Made by a program: the position numbers and the translations under genes. From NCBI GenBank assembly GCA_963575745.1, contig CAUYUJ010000301.1, positions 1-64,000 on the forward strand: 64,000 nucleotides of DNA, written 5' to 3'. Numbering within the stretch: position 1 is the stretch's first letter; every line of letters begins with the position of its first letter. Below the pieces are notes generated by a model. It was not told where the DNA came from and ran no database searches. It was given only the letters and a program-made list of their open reading frames with translations. Shown here one piece after another: positions 35,527 to 49,100 of this stretch. The DNA comes from Prorocentrum cordatum (Eukaryota).

Positions 35527-38500
35527 CACACACACACACACATACACACACACACACTTTCTTTAAGCCGTTACCTCCATGTGGGAGACTCTTCAAAATC
35601 CGCGGCGCTTTCTCCAAACTCGGGCAACGGTGCGTTGAAGTTCTCCCACGACACATTCCGCGGGCCGTTCTACCATCGACACGCATTGTAAACGCGTTGA
35701 TGAGAGAAGATGCAAAAACCACTAACCCAGGTACAAGAGTGCGCTCTTCTCCGAACTCAATGTTAAGACGCACGCGGGCCGCGCCACCTGAGACGGTCGG
35801 CGAAGCTCCCTGCGGGGCCACGAAACGCTGTACTGGGCGGGGGGGGCGCATGCGGGCTGCGCCACTGGGACCTTCGGCGGAGCTTCCTATGGGGCCACGA
35901 AGCGCTGCACTGGGTGTGGGAGACGCACGTGGGCTGCGCCACTGGAACCTTCGGTGAAGCTCCCTACGCGGGGGGTGCTATGGCTTTGACCAGAAGACAT
36001 CAAGCTTTGGACACCCCCGACCCCCCGTATAATCTTAGCGACAGGCGTTTGGTTAGGGAGCGGTCCGAATCCGATGGGCTCGTACCCCGTAACAATAGTA
36101 TATGTATACATACATAACGGTGTGATAAGTACTCCGTCCCATAAAGAATAAGCCCGGGAACCACTCCACCTTGGACCGGAACACAGTTCAAGCACTCTGC
36201 ATGGGTCATTTGAGAATGTCACTGTCATCTTCGTCATCATCCTTGTCATGCCGAGGCCAACGCGATGATCCATTGTACTCGTTACCGCTTTGGCTCAGCG
36301 TGGCCCTGGGATTCCTATATCCAACGCTGTCGTTCTTGCTTCGCTGGCTGGCCATCCCAGAGAGCTCACGAAGGCTCGCGAATCCGCATCAGGGCACTTT
36401 TGCATTCCAATCGGTCGTCCGCGGCATGCGGGACCAGCTGTGCATCTCTCCTCCGATGGTGAAAAACTTCAACGCCTGGCAAGTATGGGGCCACGAAACG
36501 TTGCACTGGGAGTGGGAGACGCATGCGGGCTGCGCCACTGGGACCTTCGGCGGAGCTTCCTATGGGGCCACGAAGCGCTGCACTGGGTGTGGGAGACGCA
36601 CGTGAGCTGCGCCACTGGAACCTTCAGTGGAGCTCCCTACGCGGGGGGTGCTATGGCTTTGACCAGAAGACATCAAGCTTTGGACACCCCCGACCCCCCG
36701 TATAATCTTAGCGACCGGTCTTTGTTCAGGGAGCGGTCCGAATCCATAGTATATGTATACATACATAACGGTGTGATAAGTACTCCGTCCCGTGAAGAAT
36801 AAGCCTGGGAACCACTCCAACTTGCACCCAATCACAGTTCAATCACTCTGCATGGGTCACTTGACAATGTCACTGTCATCTTCGTCATCATCCTTGACAT
36901 GCCGATGGCAACGCGATGTTCCATTGTATTCGTTACCGCTTTGGCTCAGCGTGGCCCTGGGATTCCTATATCCAACGCTGTCGCTCTTGCTTCGCTGGCT
37001 GGCCATCCCAGAGAGCTCACGAAGGCTCGCGAATCCGCATCAGGGCACTTTTGCATTCCAATCGGTCGTCCGCGGCATGCGGGACCAGCTGTGCAATTCT
37101 CCTCCGTTCAACGCCTGGCAAGTATGGGGCCACGAAACGCTGCACTGGGAATGGAAAACGCATGGGGGTTGCGCCACTGGGACCTTCGGTGGAGCTTCCT
37201 ATGGGGCCACGAAACGTGTGAGTGGGGTGGCGGGAGGAGGAGGGGAGGGAGGAGAGGAGAGGAGAGGAGAGAAGAGGAGAGGAGAGGTCAGGAGAGGAGA
37301 GAGGAGAGGAGAGGAGAGGCGAGGAGAGGAGAGGAGACAGGACAGACAGAGAGGAGAGAGAGGAGAGGAGAGGAGAGGAGAGGAGAGGAGAGGAGGAGGA
37401 GGAGAGGAGAGGAGCGAGAGAGGGGGGAGAGGAGAGCAGAGAGGAGAGAGGAGAGAGGAAAGAGGAGAGAGGAAAGAGGACAGAGGAGGAGAGGAGAGGA
37501 GAGGAGGAGAGGAGAGGAGAGAGGAGAGGAGAGGAGAGGAGAGGAGAGGAGAGGAGAGGAGAGGAGAGGAGAGGAGAGGAGAGGAGAGGAGAGGAGAGGA
37601 GAGGAGAGGAGAGGAGAGCAGGAACGCGGGGCGCTGTCCCTTCCTAACGAGGACCCAACACCACAATATGGTTGGGAACAATATGAGGCGCTGTAGGCGA
37701 CGCTCCAATCGAACGATTGGCAACGTCTGGAAGCAGAACCGTGAGGGGAGACGCGCACGAAATTCTCTCTTAACAAAAAACGCCAGGACGCCGTCCCTGC
37801 AAACTTTGCAATAAGGACACGAACCGCACCTCCTTCGCGATGCGCGACCTTGAGCATTCGAGCAACCGTGCACAGCTCAACCGATGCCACAACCAATGTG
37901 CCAAAACGGCTTGAGTCGAGGCTCGAGCCAAAAGGGCTACGGACCGTCCTGGGGGCCCCTGGGACCGTCTTGGAAGCCTCTCGGCCGTTCTGGGGCCCAC
38001 TTTGGGCCAGCCGAGAATGGAGCGCTGCGCCAAATCACCCGAGCATCCGCCAATTCCTGGGGCCCCTCCCTAGAGAGCGGTTCGCCCCAACCAAAACGTC
38101 GTCACGTGTGCCTCGCTCTTTCCGCCGCGCGGGCCGCGCCGCGCGAACGAGCGACGCACGGACTTGCCCGAAGAGGGCCCACGGCGTTCAACACCTGTTC
38201 CTGTTACGTTATCAACTCGCCTAACAAGAGATAGTCCGTCCACTGGAAATCTTGCGAGCCTCGAAGTCAAAGCTGTGTCTGGGGGGGGGCCCTGGAGAGG
38301 CTAGTGAAAACAACTTGGGGGGTGTTAGGGGCCGTCTTGGGGGCATGGTGGAGGCTTCTGGGACCGTGTTGAGGCCTCTTGGGCCGTCTTTGAGCCCTCC
38401 AGGGCAGTCTTCGGGCCGTGTTAGGCGGTCGGGAAACAGAAGACACCAAAATAACACCCCCCCGGAAACAAGCACGTATAATCAATCGGAAAAAAACACA

Positions 38501-41500
38501 AAGAATTGTACCGCGGCTAACCTTCAAACACGTAAGGAATACCTAACGTTGCGCCGAGTCGGGCCATATTGGGGATTGCCTCATTGGGCCTTCTTGGGGG
38601 CCTCCAAGGCCATCTTGTATCAATATCAAGCCATTTTGGAGCGGTCTTGGACCGTCTTGGGGCCTTCGTGGACCTGTCTTGGGCTATCTCGTGAGTAGAT
38701 GAAGCCATCTTGGCGCTCTCAGGCCGTCGTGGGGTCTTCTTGAGCTGTTCTAAGACGACCTGCGATTTGGGCCCCGAGTCGCCCCAAGTCGCCCGAAAAG
38801 ATGGCTCGGAGATGGCCCCAAGATGGTCCGAGGCAGCCCAAGGAACTACACAGAGGACCCAACCCAAGATGGCCGAAGAATCTGCCTCCAGATGCTCCCA
38901 AAATGGTCGTAAGAATGGAAAACGCATGACGTTATCGCAGTCCTGCTTGGGCTGGCGTCAGTGGGCTGCTCGGGCCCCGGGGAGGCCCGAAGAGGACTAC
39001 AAAACAGCCCCTGGAGGGGCCCGAACCCCTGGCGGAGGGCCCCAGGAGGGCGGCAAGAGGCCCAAGGAGTGCCCCAGAGCGGCCCAACAGCGGAGGCCGG
39101 CGGAGGGGCAGGCCCCAAGATGGCCCCAGGACGGCCCCCAAGAGGCCCTCCATGATGGCCCCGAGGCGGCCCACGATAGTCCGAGACAATCCTCAAGAAA
39201 CCTCCGAGGGGGCCCAAGAAAACGCTGGGAGGCACGGGAGGCCCCTGATAGCCCCAGGGTCATCCTGGAGTCCCTCAAAATTGCCCATATTACGTAGCAC
39301 CACGCACTTGCGGATAAGAGGGAGGGGGCGGCGAGGACGTCGGCAGTCTGCGAAGCTCTGAAGAAGCCCGCTGCAGGCGCATCATTTCACAAACTACAAC
39401 GAGCCCGCCGCAGGCGCCACCTTTTTTCGTTCAAGAAATATGGGTGGGTCGCGGGTTGGGTCGCGGGTGGGTCGCCTGCGGGTCGCGGGTGGGTCGCGGG
39501 CTTGGGTCCTGGGGGGGGCGACGACGGCAGACAACAACAGACAAACAGAAACAATCCGCGCCGCTCACTTCAGCCACGCGCCCAGGGACAGTGAATGACC
39601 GTTCGGCCCCCTCACTCTCATACGGCAGATTCACGTCGTATCGACCCCGGCGTTGGTTCCTGACGTCGCAGGGTCTTTCAAACTTGAACGATCGCCCGTT
39701 CAGTGAACGCCAGATCGTTCAACGACGGGCCGATTCTGGACCACGGGCGACGTTCAACCTTCAACGCCTGCGCTGGGGTCGCCGCTGGTGGACACGACGC
39801 GAACCTGCCGTAGTAGATCATAGAAGAACACTCGTCCTTGATGCGTGTGGTGTTCCTGTCTCTGCAGGCACCGATAAGCTTTTCGGCCCCCGTGGTTGCC
39901 TCAGAGGGCCCCACAGGAACGCTGAGAGAGCCCCAAGAATCCCCAGGAGGGCTTCGAGAAAACCCCAGGTGGCCCGAGAGAGGCCCAGCAGCGGAGGTCA
40001 GCGGGAGGCAGCTCCAAGATGACCCCAAGACGGCCCAACGAGGCCGCATGATGACCCCGAGGTAGCCCATGATGTTCCAGCTCAGCCAACAAAAAGCCTC
40101 CAGGCAGCCCGAAATGCTCGAAAACGGCCCTGAGGAGGCCCCACGAAGCCCCCAAGAAACCCCAGGGTCTGGGCCTGCCTCCCCCCTGCCCCGACGACGG
40201 CGACGGCCCTCCGCGTGCGGGAGGGAGCCTGGCGCAGCTCCCGCGGCAGCTCGGCCTCCTCGCCACCGCTCTCCGCGTCGCTCGGCGCCGTGGAGGACAG
40301 GTGCGCATCCGGGTCCTCGGGGGGGGGGGAGGGAGGGAGGGAGGGAGGGAGGGGAGGGAGGGAGGGAGGGGGGGGTGGGCGGAGGGCGGAGAGAGGGGGG
40401 GATTTTTTGGATTGCGCTCTGATTCGCCGAGGGGACGGTCAGCTTCGTGCGGCACTCAACTAGATGCAGACGCTGGCTGTGGCAACTGGTAACGATGCAA
40501 CAGTGCGCACATGCAGCATGGGCGCCAAGGTTTGGCAAGTCCACCCGCCCCCGTCCTGTCCCCACATACCCCCAGATTGGACGGAACTGCACGTGGCTGG
40601 CACGACTGATGGCCAGCTCGCCGTAGCTCTCATTCTGCACCTGAGGGGAAGGATAAGGCGCAAGAGCGAGGGGAGGTATGAACAGGAGGGGAGCAGGTGA
40701 GATAGCCGACGAAGGGCTGAAAAAAAGGCAGCTAAGGGGGCGGGCGCGGAGCAGGAGCCTGCGGGATTGCACGATTTTCGCACGCTCGACCTGTGTCCCC
40801 TGCCTGCATCAACGCCGCATTGCGAGCCGCATCCTCCCAACAAGCCTAAACCCACCCGCGGTCCCGACCATAGAAAGCTGAAAACGCTAGGCAGAGAAGC
40901 GGGGAAGGTGAGACGGCCTGACGGTCCCGATGCGCGGGCGCGGGGCGGCGCGCATGTCTGCGCCCGCCCAGAGAGAGGTTCGCCGTACCTGGTACGGCTC
41001 CCGGAACCTCTCGAACTGGGGCGGCAGCTAGAGACCGAACGGAGAGAGAAGCACCAGGAGGCAAGGGGAGGCAGATCATAGTGGGAAGCGGGTGAGATGA
41101 CCTGCGAACGGCCGAAACGGCAGCCGAGGGGGCGAGTGCGAGGCAGGGGCCAGAGGGACTACGATGTCGCACGCTCGACCTGTGGCCCATGCCTGATCCA
41201 ACGCCGTGGTACGAACCTCGTCCCCGCCAACAAACCTAAACCCTCCCTCGGACCCGACCATAGTACAGGGCAATTTTTAATAAATTGGATGTTTCAGAAG
41301 TCGGATTTATCATACATGATGAAACTATGAATACATGTATGCATGAATTCATCGTTGTTTCTAATACTAAATCCCTGCATGTTTAATACATGATCCGCAC
41401 GCGGAGCGTGTATTAAAAACGGCACTGTAAGCCGAAGCGCTAGGAAGGTAAGTGGGAACAGTGAAACGGCCTGGTGTGCCCGCTACGCGGGCGCGGGCCC

Positions 41501-44500
41501 CTGCGCGCGCGTGGCTGCCCGCCCCAAGAGAGAGGTTCGCCGTGAGAGAGGGGGAGGGAGGGAGGGAGGGGCAGGAGAGAGGCAGGGGGAGGAGGGGGCA
41601 GGGGGGGGGGGGGAGGAGGGAGGACGGAGGAGGGAGAAGGGAGAAGGTAGAAGGGGGCGGAGGGGAGGAGGACGAGGGGGAAGGAGGAGGGGTTGGTTGG
41701 TTAGGCCCTTGCGAAGAAGAGGGGGAAGCAGGGGGAAGAAGCAGGAGGGAGGAGCAGGAGAGGGAGGGGGCAGGAGGAGGAGGGAGGAGGTCCTCCACGA
41801 CCAGTGTCCGCTCCTCCGTACAATCTGCAGTGCCTCAAGGGAGCTGCTGGAGAGGGGGAGTCAGCAGGAGAGGATGCGGCGAAGAGCTGCGGGCGGCCCA
41901 CGCGTCAAGCAACATCACCTGCTACTTCGGCAGCCCGGCATGCGGCAAACACGTTCACGACTTGATTCCGCTCTCCCTTCTGCCTCGACTCGCCTGCAGC
42001 AGATCTGCCGTTCGGGCAAGACGCTCGTCGAGAACGGGCGCGCGCCCAGGGCGCCCGAGGCAGCCCCAGAGGGGCCCAGAGACTCCCCAAGATGTCCCCA
42101 TGGAGCCGCAAGGCGGTCTGAGACTTAGGTCGGGCGTGTCCTCCCACAGGCGGATAATGGACGAAACACAAAATTCGTCAAACAAATCATCAACAAGAAT
42201 GACACATATTCCAAAAATTGTCCCCGGACTATGTTTTGACTATGTTTGACAATTCCTCCTGTAGAGGGACGGACCCGACTGAACCCGAGACCGCCCCACG
42301 GCAAGAAGGGTCCAAGACAGCCCCAGGAACCGACCCGACGGCCCCGGAGACGGCTCTGCCCAGACCTCGTCGGCGCAGAGGTCGGAGGAGCCGTCGGGCC
42401 TGCCGCAGCACCCCCAAACGGCTCCCCGGACAGACCCCCCCCCCCCCGAAGGGCCCTCCAGAGCCCCCAGGAGGCCCCCGAGGTGCAGCCCAGGAAGCCC
42501 CCGGGAGGCCCCCAGCGGCGAGAACCCCTGAGAAGCCCGAGGCGGCCCCCAGAGAAGCCTCGCAGAGGCCCCCAAGGACGCAGCGCAGAAGGCACACAAC
42601 GGGTGGGCCCCGCCACGCAACGACGTCGCAGCGGCGCTGCAGAAGCGGACCAGGTGGTCTCCACCGTTCTGGGGAGCCTTCTCGGGAGAGAGCCGCGGAA
42701 CCAGCATGTTCAATGCTGCGCTGGCACGGCGCCGGAGCTTGCCGCAGCCAACTGGACAAGTATGGGCATCAGCGCATCGAGCCCAGAGTGCGCCAGCGTG
42801 TTGCTCGAAGCCTTTCATATCTTGGCCTTGCGAGGGAATCTTGAAGCCGAAATGCGATTTGGGGGCAGTAGGGGCAGAGAACCTTGTCCCAGCCCTTCGG
42901 GACCCTCCGGCAGGAGGTGGGAGGAGGAGGAGGAGGTCGTTCTTTCTCGCCCACAGGGCGGAAAACGAAGACCCCCACCTCCAATACCTCGGTTGCCGCA
43001 CCCCTCTCGCAGGACCTAACGGAGGAGGGGGGGACCTCCTCCCCCGCGTCCTCCCTCTCTCCGCTCCCTCCCCTCCTCCCTCGTCCCTCTCCCCCACCTC
43101 CCCTCCTCCCGCCAGTCCTCCGCCTCCTCCCTCTCTTCCCCCTCCTCCGCCCTCCCTCGTGTCCCCTCTCCCTTCCGCTTCCTCCCTCGCCTCCCTCCCC
43201 CTGCCCCTCCTCCTCGCCAATCCCCTGCCCTCCTCGCCCGAGCGAGCGCCGCACCCGACGGACGCCGGGCGGGCGCGCCGGCTGCTCGGAGCGCTCAAGC
43301 GGAGCACCCGACGACGCAGCGACGGGGCGGGCGAGGTGCAGCTCGCCTCGCCTCCGAGCGCCACTGGAAGCGAGCCGCGCCTCCTTCGCCTGCGGGTACA
43401 GTCGGGGCGTTGACCTAAGGAACCCTAAATAAGGAACGAGGCCCCATGTTTCCACAAGTCAAACTTCGACTTCCCATCGAAAACCAAAGGAAAACCTGAG
43501 GCAAGCTGCGAAACACTTCTTAAGGAACACCGAGCCCCTCCCAAACGAAAAGGGTTCCTTCTTCAGCGCCCCGACTGTAACAGAGATTGGTCGACCTCCC
43601 CGTCTTTGGACGGCCGAAGTGGGTACGGAAAAAATGGGCACAATGCCCAGCCACAAATGTTGTCCCAAACCAACAGCGGCCGCTGCTGGGCAGGCGGCCT
43701 TCTGTCTCAAAGGTGCACAGGCCGCGGCGACACCGACAGCGAGTCCTGCTCAAAATGAACAGGAACTGCTGTTGGGCATTGTACCCTTTCTTTCCGTACC
43801 CGTTTCGTTCGTACCGACCATACGCCCTCCGAAAAAACCCTGGAAGGGAGGCATCGGAATGAGACTCCACAGAAGAGCACGCCTTGGGGTTCCAACGGCA
43901 CCCTGGCGAAACTCCCCGGCACCAGAGGTTGCGGCAGCCCCTTCTGAATGGCTTTCTTGACACGCGAACACCAGGTTTCGGCGCCCACTGAAAACGTGCT
44001 GAAAGCTGCGCCGCACGTGAAACTACATGGTGCGTCGGCCGGCCGCTGGGGCTTGCTGGTGGCTGTTCCTTACGAGAGACTACTTTCGCTGCGGCCCCAA
44101 GAGTTTGCTGGAAGCTGCTCCGCGCGTGACAAATGTGGTTGCGGCATGCCTCGGCGCTTGCTCGAGGATGCCCCGCAGGTGGAAACACGCTTGCGGCAGC
44201 CCTTGGGGCTTGCTGTGGGCGGTTCCGCGCGTGACGCGACGCGCTGTCTCGATCCTGAGTTCCCCGCGTCCTGACAGAGCCCCGAGGCGACACCAATCGC
44301 GGAGCCAGACTCCCGCCGATGCGGCGTGTGACGCTTCACCCCCTTTGAAGGGTGCCGCGCGGGGGTAGAGAGGGAGGAGTACTCCAGATTTCGTAATAAA
44401 AGGGAGGGGGTCTGGACCCTCCAAGACAAGCCATTTCAGACCTCCCCCGTGGGAGAACCCTCCAAAACATCGTCCCCAGACCCCCCAGGCCCTCCAAGAT

Positions 44501-46056
44501 AGCCTGGAAGAGACCCCCCCCCCGAAATGAGACCCCCCTCCCTTTATTACGAAATCTGGAGTAGATGTCCCCTTCGGCGCAGGCGGAGCAGGTGTCGGAG
44601 GGGCTGGGACCCGAGCGGCGCGAGAGCGCAAATGAGCATCACCACCCCAGACGAGAGGCCGGGATGCGCTCGCGCGAAATCATACCCCCCCCTTTTCTCT
44701 TCTCTCCTCCTCCTCCTCCTCCTCCTCCTCCTCCTCCTCCTCCTCCTCCTCCTCCTCCTCCCTCCTCCTCCTCCTCCTCCGCCTCCGCCTCCGCCTCCGC
44801 CTCCGCCTCCTCCTCCTCTCCTCCTCCGCCTCCTCCTCCTCCTCCTCCTCCTCCTTCTCCTCTTCTTCTTCCTCCTCCTCCTCCTCCTCCTCCCACGCAG
44901 ACGCTCCACCAACGTGCAGCAGGCGGAGCTCTGTGCGCGAGCTTGCGCTCAAAACAGAACAAGCATGCCCCCCCCCGCTGTGCGGGCTTTCCCCTGGCTT
45001 CTTTCTGCCCCTCCCCTGGGGCCTAGACCCTGGACGAGCGAAATTTGGTGGTCCCCAAACGTGGTGGTGAGAACACCCGGTGGTGAGTTTTGGGCAATTT
45101 GGGTAATGGTTTTCGAGCGCTGGCTGGCCCAGGAAACGCAAAACCTCGTGGCGACCGCGTGTCCCCAAACCTGGTGGTGACCCAGAATTATTTTCGGGGG
45201 AATCGGGGTCACCACCGGGTGTCTCACCACCTGGTTTGGAGACCACCAAGAAATACGGTGCAGGTTCTGCTTGCCGCGTGTCCGGGTTCGCCCCGCAGCT
45301 GTGCCGGTCTTCTGTGGCGCCGGCCGCCGCTCCAGCACATCCCTGGCCTCTTCTGCGCGTCGGTTGCTTTCCCGCTCAGCATCTGCCGCCCCCGCAGCTT
45401 CACGCAGTCTGTTCGTCGAGGGCGGTACTATTCCGATGTGCCGACCGTTTTCTGTTTCCCGTCTCGCTGGTCTCCTGATGTAGCTCTTGACTGCTTGCGA
45501 AGCCGCCCGTCGCATTAACATCCCTCCTCCTCCTCCTCCTCCTCCTCCTCCTCATCCACCCACCCACCCACCCACCCACCCACCCACCCACCCACCCACC
45601 CACCCACCCACCCACCCACCCACCCATCCATCCATCCATCCATCCATCCATCCATCCATCCAATCCTCCTACTCTTTCTTCTGCATCCTTGGCCATCGAC
45701 ATGAAGCTGGACTTGTCGGCAAGGCCAAAGTACATGTCGCCGCTGAGGAGCCCGTCCTGGAAGCCCTGCCGATGCGCCGGCGCGGCGGGCGAGGGCAGGT
45801 CGAGCGAGAGAGGCGCGGGCGGGCCGCGCGCGGGCCACGCGGCGCGGAGATGCTGGATCCGCCCACGAGGGGTCGACAGCATCACTCGCGAGGGGGCAGT
45901 CGCGAGGGGAGCAGCGGGGGAGGGGGGGGGGCGCGAGGTGCGAGGCGGCAGGGGAGCCGCGCGGCGGTGCGCGAAGGCCGGGGGAGAGGGGCGCAGCAGG
46001 CGGCCCGCAGCGGTGGCAGACGCAGCGGGCGAGGAAGCACACACACACACACACAC

Positions 46057-46105
<49 letters not shown>

Positions 46106-46106
46106 C

Positions 46107-46165
<59 letters not shown>

Positions 46166-49100
46166 CACACACTTTTTCGTCAGCGGCGAGGCGGCGAAAT
46201 CCGCTCCAGCGAACAGCTAGGGGCACAAACCAGCGAATTGGCCGGCGTGCAGGGAGGGAGGGGGGGAGGCCGAGAGGAAGAAGGGACGCTCAGACGCCGA
46301 AGAGTTCAGACGCTGAGCGGCCGGGGGGGCAGCAGCAGCCAGGCGCACAGGGCCAGAGTGCGGTGGGCGGCCGTGGCGAACCACGGCGGCAAGGGTGGCG
46401 GGGAGTGGCAGCCAGCCAGGAGCTAGGGAAGCACGAAACACCGCGGTACCGCGGCGCCCCGAGGAGAGAGCACAGCACTGAGCCGTACAGGGGCGGGAGC
46501 AGCGGAAAGTAGGCAATGACAGGGGCACTGCAGCGTGACCGCCCGAGGCCAGGTGGCCGGAGGGCGGGGTCGGGCGGGAGGCAGCGGGCAGAAAGCACAC
46601 ACGCACACACACACACACACACACGGCAGAGGGAGAGTGAGAGGGAGAGGAAAAGAGAATGGGGAGGGGAGAGGGGAGGAGGGGAGGCAGAGAAGGAGGA
46701 GGAGGAGGAGCAGCAGCAGGAGGAGGAGGAGGAGGAGTAGGAGTAGGAGCAGGAGGAGGAGGAGTAGGAGGGGGGGGCAAGCTGGGAGCGCTCGAGTCAA
46801 ATCTGACGTCCTGCCCCTCCCTCCCATCAATTGTGGGGAACCCCTCGGTATTCGCACAGTCGGGCGTCGGAGTGGACAATGACCATCAAAGAGTGCGCGA
46901 TGCATCGCATTGCATAGCATGGCGCAGGAGAGCACGGCAGAGCGTAGTGAACATGGCATAGTATGTTGTGGAATCTCAGTCAAGCAAAACATATCACAGT
47001 ATTGCAGCGCAAAACATGGCATAGCATCGCGGTACACAACATGGCATGGCATGGCATGCCATGGCATGGCATGGAGCAGTATTGCGCGGTATGGTACAGC
47101 GCAGCCCAGCCTTGCATATCACAGCATTGCAAAGCAAAGCCTGAAATGGCATGATCGGAACACCTTGCCTAACACTGAATTGCATGCCGTGGCTGCATGG
47201 ACGGTGCTGCCGGAAGGAGGTGAGGAAGAGAAGGAGGAGGAGGAGGAGGAGGAGGAGCAGGAGGCAGAGGAGGAGGAGCAGAAGGAAGAGAAGGAGGAGG
47301 AGAAGGAGGAGGAGGAGGAGGAGAAAGCCTGAAATGGCATGATCCGAACACCTTGCATAACACTGAATTGCATGCCGTGGCTGCACGGACGGCGCTGCCG
47401 GAAAAAAACCATGACGGAAAGCCGACGGTCTGGAGATGAGGCCAGTGAGTGCTGCGGCGGGAGGAGCCACGTTGTGGGGTCCCGAAGATGCGGGGAGGAG
47501 GACAGCGCTGCGGCGGGATCACCGTGCCGATGGACCGAAGACGTCAAAACGAGACCGGCGCTGCCGCGGGAGCACGATTCTCAAAAAAAAAAAAAAAAAA
47601 AAAACGCAGGAATGAGGCCAGCTCTGCAGCGGGAGCACGATTCTGAGAAAACAGACAGGGCAGCGATTGAAATTCCTTCCTTCTGTGGGCAGCACTGCGC
47701 GGAGAAGGCGGGACATCTTCTGGACGGAGTAAGGGAGGAAGGAGTCAGCTGGAGAGGTGGAGAGGTGGAGGAGGAGGAGGAGGAGGAGGAGGAGGAGGAG
47801 GAGGAGGAGGAGGAGGAGGAGGAGGAGGAGGAGGAGGAGGAGGAGGAGGAGGAGGAGAGGCTCGTATGCTGCCCACCCTTCTCCGTCCTGCCTCGCGCCG
47901 TCAACTGCGGCCCTGGGCGGGGGCGGCATGCTCTCGGACCCGGACGCCCTCGACCAACAGAACTGTACGGTTTCCCCCGGGGCAGTAGGCGACCCGAGGA
48001 GGAGGAGGAGGAGGAGGAGGAGGAGGCGGAGGAGGAGGAGGAGGAGGAGGGGGAGGAGATGGAGGAGGAAGATTGGAGGAGGAGGAGGAGGAGGAGGAGG
48101 AGGAGGAGAAGGAGGAGGAGGAGGAGGAGGAGGAGGAGGAGGAGGACGGGTCGCCTAAGCCCTTCCTAGAAACCCTCCAGGCAGAACCCCCCACATTTTC
48201 TCTCGCTGTGGCTTCGCGCCTCCATGTTTTGCGGGTAGCCCCAGTACGAGGAGTGCTCGTACCCCAAGAAGCCCTCGCTGAAGTCCCACATATCCTCCCC
48301 ATGAGGAGGCGGGCATGCACAGCGCTCACGAGACAAGCAGAGGGTGGAACCAGACGGACATGATGCTCGACACGCAGGAAAAGATGCCCTCCGACGAGAC
48401 GCTTATGTGGAGCATCGCAACAACTCACTCCATCGATCGGAGGCAATGCGATTAGCAACGGACAAACCAGTGTGCAACGCAACCAACGCGCCGTCACGAG
48501 CCAAACCTGCGTCAGCGATCGTCTGGCATTGGCACAGACAGAGGACTTTGGGTCGTCCGTCGATTGACAAGACTAGTCCGTTCGACACGCTCTGCCACGC
48601 CTGTGGATCAGCTTGGGCCAAAGCTGCTGCGGGGAGGGACGAATTCCGAGTGAAGCACAGGAGGATGGAAGGGATGAGGAGGAAGAGGAGCAGCGGCGCG
48701 AGGAGATGCGGCAGCAGCACCAGTAGAAGCAGCAGCGGCAGCAGCAGTCAGACTCTCCTCTGCGTAGCACTGCTGGTCCATGGCAGCCATGTTCCACCAG
48801 AACTCCTTCGGGGAGGGACGGGTAGCTCTGGAGCAAAGCACTCCGCCCCTGATCAGACAGCTCAGAGGCGGCAGACACAAGGGAGAAGTTGAAGAGACAC
48901 GGGGGCCACAGAGCCACTACATTCGAAAAGAGGACTCATACCCCCCTCCAAGCCAAAAACATGTTTCTACACAACAAAATTACCCCAGTGCGACCCTACC
49001 TAGAAGTTGGAGCCCCTAGGAAAGCAGCATTAGCTGCTGTGCTATGCTATGCTATACTATGTCATGATATGCCATGATATGCCATGTTATGTTGCGCCAT

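Noticed and set aside
38628..38640. Relic dinoflagellate spliced leader (AGCCATTTTGG)
   Set aside because: Only 11 nt match, inside a CCCAAGA/TCTTGG-type repeat; expected by chance.
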